NCBI GenBank assembly: GCA_017654855.1
Contig: CM030332.1
Span: 7,812,001-7,876,000, forward strand
Length of the DNA stretch: 64,000 nt
Reading direction: 5' to 3'
Source of the DNA: Podospora anserina
Taxonomy: Eukaryota
The notes below the pieces were generated by a model. The model made no database searches. It was not told where the DNA came from and saw only the letters and a program-made list of their open reading frames with translations. Below, piece by piece: positions 46,447-58,661 of the stretch; the first letter of the stretch is position 1; each line of letters begins with the position of its first letter. The translations under genes and the position numbers were made by a program.

Positions 46447-47964
46447 CGGATGTATCTTCCATGCTGTGTAATGCTGGACTTCGTCGTCGGGAGCCTCTTC
46501 GCACGGCTTATTTCCCCGGCGTTGTGAGCAAATGCCGAGCGGCAGGCAAGAAGCAGGAAGGACTCGAACTTCATGGTTGGGGGGGGGAGTGGGGGGATGA
46601 TACCCGATGCCTTGCAGGAGTGCGCCAAGTCCGTTGATATGCGCCGCATTTCCTCGTCGAGGGGCGTCAGATCTGATCGAATCTCATTCGTAGGATTGCA
46701 AGTAAGAATCGAGCCAGTGAAATGGCGATAAAATGGGTGGAAAACCTGGCTCGAAATCGTTCCAACGTCCTGGAAGCTGTCACGTCGATAGTGACAGTGA
46801 GTGTTTATTCCCCGGATTCTGCAGATCTAGCGGGAACTAAGCCTTCCCGTAAATTTTGACAGGGCTCCAACAATGCGGCTAACCGCAGAGATCCATGGGT
46901 CCCAGCAGTTCGTGCACCTGTTTCGAGGGGGGCCAGGCTCCAGGCTTGCTTGCGTTATTTCTGGGAGCTGCAGTCTCCCAACATTGCCCCCCACCCCTCG
47001 AACACCACCCCATGCCAGAAGCAGTTGGAAAAGGGACGCAGAAATCTAAGAACTTGGGTGGTCCCCTCTCCCGAGCCCAAGACAGATCAGATCCCACCCG
47101 TTTCTTAGCGCAAATTATTGGTCATCACGGGCGTCTGTCGGTCGACGATCTGCTTCCTCATATGGTGTGCGCATGCGAGCCTCCTGTCCTTCTTGTTGGC
47201 TCGTCAATGCTGGGGTATGCGGGCATGCCAACTAGTATCAATGGTGACTAAGGGGTGATCGATTCAAGCCAACCAGAAGAGGTCGATGTTTGAGGGCTGG
47301 CAGCCTTTCCTGTCCCGTCCTGCAGGCGGTTCAAGGGATGTGCTGTGAGAAGAAGCTGATATAGCTATCACCAGTTCCCGTTGGAGGTGGTGTTCAGTTG
47401 ACCGCTCTTTGAGACTGCACAGTATAAGTTTCTGCCAGAGATTGTCGATATCAAGCCTGGAGTTCTCACACAGTGTGTCGTCTTGCCAGACCAGGTGTGT
47501 TTCAAACCAAAGCAGATTGTTGGGGCTCCGAGGAAAACGTTCACTCGGAGACCTTGGTCGACTTGCGCATCTTCCAACGGCTTAATGTTGTTGAGTCCTT
47601 GTAACTCCTCCGCGAGGTAAATTCAAACACCGTAGATGAGGCAAACTTTCAACATGACCAAAAAGCACCACATGCTGAGAGACTTTGTAGCCCGTATTGA
47701 CCCATCACTGATCACAAAGCCAACAATCATAACCTGGGACAGAAATCTTGGGATATGTGACAGTGGGAAAGTGACAGCAGGTTGCAGTTCCCGTCCCATC
47801 CCATGCCGTGCAACTCGCACTAATGTCGCTTGACAGGGTGAGTGGCAATGTTTGGCCAAGGTGGCTCCAAGTGTTTGTCCGTTGTGCCATATTCCCCAGC
47901 TGCTATGCAAGCCACTGTTTCAGTCAGCGTGGAGGTCAACTTGGCAGTGATGCTCTGGAAGAAC

Positions 47965-48024
47965 GAATGAATGAATGACTGAATGACTGAATGACTGAAT
48001 GAATGAATGAATGAATGAATGAAT
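47965..48024. repeat. (GAAT/GACT)15 tetranucleotide microsatellite
   Basis: Directly visible. Confidence 0.95.
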
Positions 48025-50218
48025 GAAAGAGTGTGGCATCAACGATGAGATAGGTAGTGCAGAGATAGCCGAAGCAGACGGGTGTTGGCGAAAATGTCAA
48101 CTTGTCAACAGGAGTATTGAGCAATAGAGACCACGTCTGTGTATGTATAGTATACTCAGTATGTATCTGTAAGAGGTGAAAATGAAGATATCGGGATGGC
48201 AACAAACGACCTTCGCGTCCAAGACAACACCAACCTGGAACAGTATCCTTGGGCTGAGCAAGATGCGTCAAGCAGGCACTTGCCGCTTGGCCCAATCCCA
48301 TACACATCACAGATATGCATGGCAGGCAAGACAGACGCCAGAAATACGAGGCCTTGAGGTCTTAGAATGAGATATGATAGTGTGCAGCTGTCTCGATGGC
48401 TCTCAGGCAATCACAGAACGCACAGCAAGCACAGATGTGCCTGCTGATCGGAACCCCTGTTCGGGTCCGGCTGGCTCTTGCTTCCCCGATTGTTGAGATG
48501 TTGTAGTTTTGGCACCTTCGGTCTGATTCCTCTCCGCCTTGGGGGGCTTAAGGTGCAGGAGGGGTTGGGAGGGGGAAGTCGCATAGTCTTGCCTGATTCA
48601 ATCATCTTTGGACGAAAAGTTCCGTCTTGGGTGTTATGCCCGTAAGCATCTTGGGGCTTTGAAACCATCAGGTAAACGCTGCTGCAACTTCTCCGCACTT
48701 GGTGATAGTTCTTGTGGTTTATAATTCGAGACTCGAGATACGGGTGCGCAAACCCAGCTTACCAGATCACATGTTGCATCCAACATCTTTTCGCTAGCGG
48801 GAGGATTTTGCGATTCACCTGATCGTCAGACGGCATTTGCACATCCACCAAGCGTTGTCCGGATGAGCCCTGGGTTTTGTTTGGTGTTGCCTTCATCGTG
48901 CCTCTCTGTCAGTCCACAAACAGTGTGACAGAGCCTGCCTTTCAAACCGCAGAAATTGTCCATTCTACCGTCTCCTGTCCATCAAAACAAAACTCTGAAC
49001 CTGATACTCACACGGACCCGGATGCTGCCCCGAGGACCCGAGTCGGCAAAAAGACCAAAGCTTGTCGTCCACGGACCATGTGTCAAAGCTCCCGACCCGG
49101 AGATGGAATCCAGACCCCAACCCGCCTGTCCGCTCCATCAGCAAACGCTTTGACCAGCTGAGCCGCATAGCAGGGGCCTTTAAGAAATGCCATTCCAAAC
49201 AAGAATCCCGGTTTTGGCTTGATCGATGACGTTTGCTCAAATCTGCCAGTGAAAAACTCGGCCAACTTTTCTGCTTTGCTGATTGATCCTCGTAGGGAAG
49301 CCACAATTTGCTGAGCTGTTTGCCGCTCGCCATAGCGTATCATCAGTCAGCAACCGAAAAGGCTCTTCCGGCCGGGTCAACGTTGGGGCTAGCCCGTCCG
49401 GCCGCAGGAGTCGGGGCCAGCTATTGTTGAGCCATCCCGGGCATCCAGAGTCAAATTGAATCAAAGCCCAAGATAGGCAGGATGGAGACTCCGACCCTCC
49501 ATCCATTACCAAAACTGAGCGATATCATCGGACTCACCCATCCAATCTCCAAAATCCACAAGCGCTTTTGCGCCTTCTTCGCACGTCTGGACTCCGCTCC
49601 AAGCAGTCGGGGACTGGGCAGGGTCCAATGGGAGCCGAGCTGACCCCTGTCTAGAGGCTGTAAAATCTGGGTCTTGTGTCCTGCCGTTTGCTGCTCTGCA
49701 CATCTTTGATGCTGCAGGTTATCACCTTCTCTGCCCGCCCGCATCCGCTTTCGCTGCCCGGAGAACTGCTCCTCCTGCTGCATCTCTAGATTCCTCATCG
49801 TCTTGTTTTGGACAGCTTGCCTCCCACCATCGACTAACTGCGTGTTGTCCTGTTCCATTTTGAGCGCGCTGCTTAGGATACTCAATTTTTTTTCCTTTTT
49901 TTTTCTTTTTTTTCTTTTTTTCTTTTCTTCTTCTTCTCTGCTTATCGACGCATGCCTCGGCTGACGGTGGCCGTGACCGTCCGACATAACACCTCAGACA
50001 TTCATCTCGCTGTCTCACCCGCCGGTAGCAGACGCGATTTCCTTGTGCGGCCACAAGGTCGAGTAACGGAGGAAGCAGCGGCCTTCTTTTGGTGATTCAA
50101 GGACCCGCCAGCTTCTGGTGTGGTCCTTCGCAAATCTCCCAAGCTGGATTACAAGTATGTGCACGACAGGGAACGCGCTTCGCTCGATAATCCCCCAACG
50201 CTCCTTGCAAGGCGTCAC

Positions 50219-52426
50219 ATGGCCGTTACTAACAAGCTGTGGCAAAGCTTCGTTACGGTGGCCGGCTGGTCCTCGCATCAGCCTGTCCAGTCCGTCGGTC
50301 GCCCCAAGGTGGCCCACAACAGATCGCTCTCTAGTATCTTGAGAGCTGCCTCGCCGAAGCCTTCGCCGGGCCACGCTAGGGCCAATTCTATTGCCGAATC
50401 GTCCATGACCGCCGACATTGCCCGTCCTGTTCCCTCTACGCCCCAGCCGCAGCGACTCTTCTCACCCCAGGAACATGATGACGAGAACGACTTGAGCACC
50501 ATCCCCGACCCTAGGAGCAGGGCGATGAGCCCTGCAGACCCCGAAACCATGGCCGCCCCCCACCATCCCGATCTCGACCAGGAGGTCGCAACTTTGAGCA
50601 CCAAGCTCATCAACGCCATCAACCACCAGACGACTTTGGACGATAATCTCTCTGCGACGAGGTTGGAATTGGAAAAGGCCCGCGAGCAGGTTCGGCAGTT
50701 GGAAGTCCAGGTGGCCGAGCAGAGGGAGATGCTGGCAGGGGACGTTTGGGTTCGAAGGAAAACCGTCGAGGCCGAAAAGAGCCATCTTCTGGCGCGTGTG
50801 GCGGAGGAGAAGCGGGCGCGTGCCGACGTGGAACAGCAGAAAAAGAAGATTGAGCAGGAACTGGAGAACTTGACGGCTGCTCTCTTTGAAGAGGCTAACA
50901 AGATGGTTATCTCGGCCAAAGAGGAGGCTCGAAGAGAACAGGAAGTCCTTCAGCGCAAGAATGATCAGCTGAAATCCCAGCTTGCCGACACGGAAGCCAT
51001 TCTTAGGTCGCAACAGGAACAGCTGGTCCAGCTGAAGAACGTTATGGAGCAGATGACGGCAGCGAATGAGGAGCAGGCTCCCCCTACCTGCCCATCGTCA
51101 CCGACCTTCAGCAAATTCGAGGACTGCGATGGTCCCTCCGTTACCATGAACCACCCGCACCACACCCATAGTCAGAGTCTCCCGGCTGCGCTTTCGCCGT
51201 CATACCCAACCAGCTTCACGCAGCTGCTACACCCGGTCCTTCGCACAGACTTGGCGGCATTCCGGGATTTCAAGGATCTTGTCCAAACATCGAAGCGGCT
51301 CTCGTCCCAGCGCACTCCTTCGAATGCTTCAAACTCTGGATTGGTCTCACTTGGGCTCGGTCTCGGGTCTGTGGCGTCCCATGTCACGGCGGGCAACCTG
51401 TCCAGTACATCTCTTGCGACCAATGCCACCGCCGGCTCGCCGGCGACCTCGCCGCAGACGCCAAATACCCCCGCTTCCACCGTGAGCACAACCTCTTCTG
51501 CCGCCGCGCCTGTCCTGCCCCATTTGAAGGAGACCAAGTTCTACAAGAGGGTCTTGACGGAGGATATCGAGCCGACCCTTCGATTGGACAGTGCGCCTGG
51601 CCTTTCTTGGCTCGCTCGCCGGAGCGTATTGACTGCCATGACGGAAGGTACATTGGTTGTTGAGCCCGCGCCGTCCACGACCACTGGCAGATTTGGCAGA
51701 ATCATGAGACCTGAATTGATCCCATGCTCTCTATGCGGCGAGCAGAGGACTGAAGAGCAGTATCTTCGGACACATCGTTTCCGCACCAGCGAGTCCGACT
51801 CGGCACAAAACGCATATCCCCTTTGCAAATACTGTCTTGGTCGGGTTCGGTCTACTTGCGATTTCCTCGGGTTTTTGCGTATTGTGAAGGACGGCCATTG
51901 GCGTGCCGAGGACGAGGATGCTGAACGGGCCGCTTGGGAGGAGAGCGTTCGGTTGAGAGATCAGATGTTCTGGAGCCGCATCGGAGGTGGCGTCGTGCCT
52001 GGAGGGCATGTTCATCGAGGAGTCTCCAGTGTTGCGCCTAGCATCCGCGGCGAGCGAAGCCCCAGGCCGAGCCACGAAATCTCGGAGAAGTTTGCAGATG
52101 TACCCGAGGTTCCCGAACCTGTCGACGCGGCCAAAGAGCTGCCCAAAACGCCTGAGCAGCGCCCCGCAGACGAGACGCTGCCTGTTCCTCAAGCGCCACC
52201 TGCGCTTGACAAAGTGGAGGAGGTTGACGACGACAAGACACCACCTGCCGTGGTCGAGGACGACTCCAAAACACCCCCGGCGGCGATCAAGGACGAAAAA
52301 CCACCACCCGCAGTGGAAGAGTCTCAGATCCCGCCACCAGCCCTTGATGAGCCTGTCCAGTCCCTCAAGCCGCAACCATCTGTCCAACAAGTCGAGGTTA
52401 AGCCTCTGTCTTTGACGATACCCTGA
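50219..52426 (+). CDS. sec2: Rab GDP/GTP exchange factor Sec2 (start codon uncertain)
   Basis: Coiled coil KKKIEQELENLTAALFEEANKMV (Sec2p domain), LKETKFYKRVLTEDIEPTLRLD.APGLSWLARR, CSLCGE..CKYC..RVRSTCDF..FLR and LRDQMFWSRIG. First in-frame ATGs are at 50219 and 50405. Confidence 0.93.
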   Translation: MAVTNKLWQSFVTVAGWSSHQPVQSVGRPKVAHNRSLSSILRAASPKPSPGHARANSIAESSMTADIARPVPSTPQPQRLFSPQEHDDENDLSTIPDPRSRAMSPADPETMAAPHHPDLDQEVATLSTKLINAINHQTTLDDNLSATRLELEKAREQVRQLEVQVAEQREMLAGDVWVRRKTVEAEKSHLLARVAEEKRARADVEQQKKKIEQELENLTAALFEEANKMVISAKEEARREQEVLQRKNDQLKSQLADTEAILRSQQEQLVQLKNVMEQMTAANEEQAPPTCPSSPTFSKFEDCDGPSVTMNHPHHTHSQSLPAALSPSYPTSFTQLLHPVLRTDLAAFRDFKDLVQTSKRLSSQRTPSNASNSGLVSLGLGLGSVASHVTAGNLSSTSLATNATAGSPATSPQTPNTPASTVSTTSSAAAPVLPHLKETKFYKRVLTEDIEPTLRLDSAPGLSWLARRSVLTAMTEGTLVVEPAPSTTTGRFGRIMRPELIPCSLCGEQRTEEQYLRTHRFRTSESDSAQNAYPLCKYCLGRVRSTCDFLGFLRIVKDGHWRAEDEDAERAAWEESVRLRDQMFWSRIGGGVVPGGHVHRGVSSVAPSIRGERSPRPSHEISEKFADVPEVPEPVDAAKELPKTPEQRPADETLPVPQAPPALDKVEEVDDDKTPPAVVEDDSKTPPAAIKDEKPPPAVEESQIPPPALDEPVQSLKPQPSVQQVEVKPLSLTIP

Positions 52427-53633
52427 TTGGCTGTTCATCTTTGCGAGCAATGCCAATCCAGTACATAATTCCCAACCTTGTCGACACAAGTTCCAGCTTC
52501 GACAATGGACGACACATAGGCACATAGCCCAAAAGCCTGGATTATAGGACATTTAATAATGTATTAATACCGGCTCACGACCTGCTGTTTTTGTTTGGTT
52601 TTCCTCTTGGGGACAAACGGCATAGTCATAGATGAGCAGAAGCACATTTGGCGTTTCGGTCATACCATTCATTCGTTTTGTTTTTTCCTGTTTTATCTCT
52701 ATCCGGTCTGGGCTTGGTACTGAGATTTCTTTTGGGGGAAAAGCGACCATTACCATTCCTGGCGTTTTTGGGTCTTTTTGTTTCATCTGGGATTTCCTTG
52801 TGTCGCTGTTTCAATTTTTTTCGCTCTCGTTTTTTTTGTTGTTTTTTTTTTGGCAAAGCAGAATGCAAATCATGGATGGATGGTTGTGGTTGTGGTTGTG
52901 GGTGGGTAAAGGGGGATAAGAGGGGGGGGGGGAAGGGGAGAAGAACCCCTGGATTGTAAGGATACCTAACGAATGGATTGTGGTTTTCTTTTCTTTTTTC
53001 TTTTTCTGTTGTTCACCTTTATGCTGTTCCTGATTTTCCATACATAGTATTAGTATTATCTGTCTACCTTACCATGAGGATAAGGGGCTGAAGAAAGGGG
53101 GGTTATCAAGTTTGGATGAAGATATGGTTAGATTCCCATTGAAGATGTTTTTTCTGCTTCCCTTTTGTGACTGTGTAATTAATGTGTTGTGTTATTTGTT
53201 TTGGTTTCAAACTCTCTCCCTCAGCAAACCCCAACTCGGGCCAAACCATAGACCTTGACTCTTCCCAATCTCGGGATTAGTACTACTGTCCCTCGAACCA
53301 GGAACATGCGCTTCCAGAAGGAGCCCTTAGTATGGAAAAAGAAAAAAAAACCACTCGACCATGGAATCAAGCACTGGACATCAGATGTCACTGCGAAAGG
53401 AATTTTTTCGCATCCACATTGCGGTATCGGTATGGAGAGTGAAAAATAAAATAAAAACATCTGATAGATGACTTTGTTCGGTGTATGGCTGGTGGACGGT
53501 GGAGTGAGATTGGTAAATGGGGGAGGGAAGGGTACGGGATGTGGTGGAATGCCGGAGGGAGGTGGAGAAGGGGGGTTGGAGAGGCAGAGGTATGCGGCAA
53601 GTTTTGTCTTTGCTGTGTTGGCCTGTTGTGTTG

Positions 53634-53677
53634 GAAGAAGAAGAAGAAGAAGAAGAAGGAGAAGAAGAAGAAGAAGA
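53634..53677. repeat. (GAA)n microsatellite
   Basis: About 14 units with one GGA interruption; intergenic. Confidence 0.95.
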
Positions 53678-54850
53678 GGGAAGCTCACACCTTGGGGGGG
53701 TTGGGTTTTAGATAAGGGGGGAGTATAATGAGGCAAAAAGCGCCAAGGTTTTGTTCGAGGTCCCGGGGAAAAAAAGCTGGTGAAAAAATGGTCGGGGCTG
53801 AGTTGATGGAGGAGGTGATGTCTGGTCGTTGGTTGTTTATGGATTTTATGGGTCATACCTTGGCAATAAGGGAACGAAGGGTACGGGGGGGACAGGGGAG
53901 GGGGGACATATCGACGACGGTCATACCAGCGAGAAAGACTCGAGTTTAAATCTAGGAACTATTGAGCAACTCGTAAAACTCTTCAGACAGGGCGAGATCC
54001 CAATTCTACCTCACGACATGGTGTCATCCCAGCATGTTCAAGTTGGGTGATAGGAGGCGAGGCTGTGCCACCAACTTTGTAAAAGCCAACAGAGTGGAAG
54101 GAGTGATGTCCAGGATGGGTGTAGATATGATGTGCTGTGAGATGTAGATATGGTGCTGTTGTGAATGGAAGAGTGGTAATAATGTGTTATTGTGGTAAGG
54201 GGGTAATGTGCTTAGTAATGTGTAAAAAGGGGGGAATGTGTTAGAGTGTTAATGGCAGAACTGTGCAGCTAGAACATGGTCAAGCAGGCAACAAAAGGAA
54301 GGAACGTGTGGTGGTGATGAAGCGGTAACCTGGTTAGGGGCAAAAGAGGGAGGCAATGTCTAAGTAAATCTCAGCATTTGTAGACCTTTGACAATGGTCT
54401 CGAACCTCACCGGGAAAGTAAAGAAACCCAAATGTTTATTTTCGACAGCCGCTATCACATCTATCGAGACTCTCCCTAAATAACACCGTAGGTGTTACTT
54501 TTACCCCTGCTTGACCTAACGCCCAGAGCCAGAAAGTGGTCTCTCGGCAGACATCTTCCTTTGTCGCTTTGAATCATACTTACTCCCGCTCCGAAGCAGA
54601 CATGGAATAACAACAACTAGTTCAACATGCTTATGCCTTTACATCCACCACCCAAACAGTTTGCTGCTATATATATATATATATACATATATGCCCAGTC
54701 ATCCACCCATAACATCCCTCCATTATCCTTTCAAACCAGCAAAACACAAATAACAAAGCTTATTCCCGAGAAGAAACGTCAAGAAATGCCCCCCTCTGAT
54801 ACCTTTCCCCCAGCCATAACCCCGGTTCCATCTGTCCGTTTCCCTAACCC

Positions 54851-56344
54851 TCAAGCAGGCCGGCAATAATTCGCCGGAAAGCTCCCCCTAACCCCCCTCA
54901 ACTCCCCCACCCACCAATCCTGGTCCGTCCGCGTCTTGGTCACCACCTTGATCCGCTCCCCTTCATCAAAACTCAGATCTCCCTGCCCCTGCCCAGCAAA
55001 CGGGTACAGCGCGACAACCCACTGCTCCTGCACCAACGCGGGCTTCTTCGGCGGCGGTGGAGGAGGAGGCCGTTTCTTCACCACCAACCCCCCGTTGACC
55101 ATAATACTTCCCACCGCTGGATTTGGCGAAACAGACCGCTCACGGGCCGGCTTTGAACGATCGATATTCGCTCCGCCGAGGTGAGACGCCGTGGTGAATT
55201 CTGTCGGGTTGGCCCATTCCGGTCGGCGGGAGCTGAAAGACGAAGGGGGTGTTGTTGCCGGGGATCGGGAGGGAGAGGGTGGTTTGAGGGCGTGAGATGA
55301 TGGGATCCGCATGGGGCGGGGTTGGAGGCTGTTGCTGCTGCTGTTGGTGCTGGGGATGAGGCCAGAAGGCGTGCGCCTGTAGCCGTTGGAAGGTGGAGGT
55401 TGGGTGTAGCCGCCTTTGTGGCGGATGAAACTGATGTGTTCGATTTGGGATTGGACGGGGCTGCAGGCGGCGTTCCAGACTGCAATCACGTCTTCCATTG
55501 GGGGTGCCGGCGAGGGGAAGTTGGAGTCCTCGCAGTAGTTGTGGAGGGTGGTGTAATAGAGGCCCAGAAGCCTGTTCTGGATGAGGACCAGAGCAGCGAG
55601 GAGGGGAGGGACGATGCTGAAGGTCGCCTCGACAATAGGGGGCAGCGTTTGGCGGAGGTGCTCATCTGCTATGTTGAACTCCTAGATGGGAATTAGTCAT
55701 GAGAGATCCGAGAGCAACACTTGGCTCTGGGGCTGGCTCACATCAGCCACACGAGATAACTCATCCTGACACTTTGCAAGAGATGCATCTTCCTTGGCGT
55801 TGCGTCCGGGTTTTCGTTGGAGCTTCAGCGTCTTGTCCTGGACCTTTTCGTAGTCCAGTCTTTTGTTCTCGCGCTTCTTGATCGTCTTGCGAATGGGGGT
55901 GATGTAGGACCGAGCATCCGTTGCCGGCCTCAGAATCCGTTCCTCAATGGCCACAATCTCTTGCAACAGTTCTGTCTTGAGGTCGCCATACGTTTCCTTC
56001 AAACGGAGAGTGCGTTCTAGCTGTAACTGAGGGGTCGGTGCTGCCTCACGGCCATGGCCATCCGTGGCTCCCACAATGGGATCATACAGGCCCTCGAACT
56101 CAACCACCATGTTGTGTTGCGAGTTGATCAGGGAATCCCACGAGTCTCTCCATGCACGAGCATTCTCAATCAGCTACTTCTAATATCAGTCATGATTGCA
56201 CTGCCACCATCGCGGATTCGATCAACTTACCGTAGCAAGAACCTTGTCTGCATCCTCATAATCCTTCAGGAGAACAGACACTTTGGCATTGTCTCCGGGG
56301 CCCTTGTTCAAGAGCTTGCCAAACTGTCTTTGCATTGACTGCAT
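54851..56344 (-). CDS. N-BAR plus C-terminal SH3 domain protein (amphiphysin/Rvs167-like family)
   Basis: Exons 56344-56231, 56173-55742, 55681-54851. Amphipathic start MQSMQRQFGKLLNK, BAR segment RKTIKKRENKRLDYE, proline-rich linker, and SH3 VALYPFAGQGQGDLSFDEGE..DWWVGE..GSFPANYC. Confidence 0.9.
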
Positions 56345-57300
56345 GATGGCGTTTCGACTTCACCACGGTGTGGATGCCTGGTGAGAATCCGAAAAAGGGG
56401 GAAACCAGGTTTTTGTTCGGCCGAGGGGCGTTCGTTTGGGTTGGGGGGAGGGGTCTTCCTGTGCAACACGTAACTTACGCCACATATGCAGCAGCCATGT
56501 GTTTGTGGAAGGGGACAGGTTCAGATCCGGACACAGGAGGTTATCATGAGCCGTCGCCAGGCAGGATGAAAAGAGAAGTATACAGAGAAAACCAGCAAAG
56601 GGGTCAAGGTAATTAATGTAATTTGAGCTGGCCTGTTTGTCGGCTGTAGGGTCTCACAAGCCGCAGAAACGATGGGCAATGGCGCGAAGGCTCATGTTCG
56701 TCCCAACACCACTTTTCGAGGCGCAGCTGTTGCGGAACGGGGTCTGGCAACTGTTAAAAACAGGGTGAAGAGAACAAAAAACCGGCCCAAAAAGGTCAGT
56801 GATATGCGTTGATGAACATTTTAGAAAAAGAGAAGGAGGGGGTGCCAGCCAACGGAGTGTTTGCCCAGCACGCCCAGGTAACGAGCGGGAGGCTCCTGCA
56901 CTGCCCGGCACCATTTCCGAGTGCCACGAGAAGTGGACTGCAGTGGGCGAACCCCCCCAAGCAAAGGTCCGATCCACTGGCGAGCCTTTCTTGAAACAGG
57001 GCCAACTGGCAACGTCAACTTGTGTGAAGTCTTACTTTTGCCCGCTGGCCAACCAATCATGGCTAGGAAAAGCCTAAATAGCGGATATCTGCACAGGCCT
57101 TGTGTGAGTTTGGATGGGTGGTCAAAGGTGGGTTGGGGTCACGTGAAGGCGCGCAGCAACGCGACCCCAATCTCCCCGCGCGCGTCAATCGATTCGGAGT
57201 CCAAATGTGCTGCCTACCTGGCAATTTACCGGAATCACCCTATCAATCACCAGTCAAAGGCCATGTGGTAGTATCGACCATCTCGACATGCTTTTCGACA

Positions 57301-58629
57301 ATGCCCGCCATCACTTCGTCGGGAGCCAGGCCAGAGCTCGCCGGCGGTGGGAGCAGCGCCCCGGTGTTGGAATTTCTCTGTCTCTTCACCCACGACTTGC
57401 AAAGGAAACAAAAACGATGGCAAGATGGACGCCTCAAGTATCATACCTTCAACAAGCGGGTTATGGTGTACGATGACCGGGGAAACTCTGTGGGCGACAT
57501 GCACTGGCAGCGAGACTGGGACTTTGACGAGGGCGAGGAAATCAAGCTGGATCGGGGAGGGGTCATTGTGCAGGTTCAGGAGTGTGTTGGACGTCAAGAC
57601 CAGGATTTGACTGATCTGTTGGACAAAAGAGCAAAGGAAAAGGAGGAACGTCAAAGCCGTACGGCGACGAGGGTGGCTCCTGCGGCCTTTGGACTACGCA
57701 CGCCAGCAATTCCATCAAGGGTATATCCAGCTCAAATTGCCGGTCCCCGATCGCATCACAGGCGTCTTGACCAGGTCCTAACTCCGACGGGCCACCATGG
57801 ACGAGCTCTCGTGCCGACTGAATCACCTTTTGAGCAGCGTCAGCGAGACCAGGAGACTCCTGATGCCAACAAGGAGACTCCCTTGGCGAAAAGGAGGAAA
57901 CACGACGATACGCCCCCGAGCAAGCTAGGCTACGCCCAGAGTTTGTTTGGTGCTCCTCTCACTCTCTCGGCGGTACCCATGAGCTCAGCCCCTGTCCGGC
58001 GGCCTGCGGCATCAGCGACGCGGATGCATTCTGGCCCTGCGTCCTCCCAAGAAAATGATTCACCGGCGGGAGAGCCCGAAGAGCGGGAATCCCACCCGTC
58101 AAAGAGGAGAAAGCGTGATGACACGCCGCCTAGTAAGATGGGGTATTCCCAGAGTCTGTTTGGCGCCACCCTCAACTTATCAGCTGTCCCTATGAGTTCT
58201 GCCCCGGCTCTCCGACGAACTACATCGGTGGCACGAGGGCATACAGAACCACCCTCCTCTCAAGAACATGGGCCACAGCCACAAGAACCGACCAGTGGGG
58301 TCCAGGAGATTCCAGTTAACCCTTCTGTACGAGCTGGTCTTTCACGGTCTACTGTAACAGCGCCTCTCTTGAAGACTCGTTTACCGCCCTTGGGAAGCGC
58401 CTCGAAACCTGCAGCAAAAAACGAGGCTGATAAGGCCCGCGCAAGACAGAGAGATGTTGCGGTTGAGTTTCCGGCGGAGGATACTCGCATGAATTCTGAC
58501 CGCGGGGACAGTGATTTATCTGCGACGAGGAACCGAAACGCAGCGAAATATATCGACAGAGGTCAGATCCGTGGCCAGAAAGTTGCACCAAAGCCGAAAA
58601 AGCCACCTCCGGTGGTAATTCTTGATCAC

Positions 58630-58661
<32 letters not shown>

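Noticed and set aside
53221-53856. 211-aa minus-strand ORF with poly-Leu
   Set aside because: Derived from the GAA microsatellite and low-complexity intergenic sequence.
57100-57300. N-terminal extension of the DUF2439 ORF from TTG 57100
   Set aside because: Non-ATG start in promoter-like CGCG-rich sequence; the domain begins just after ATG 57301.
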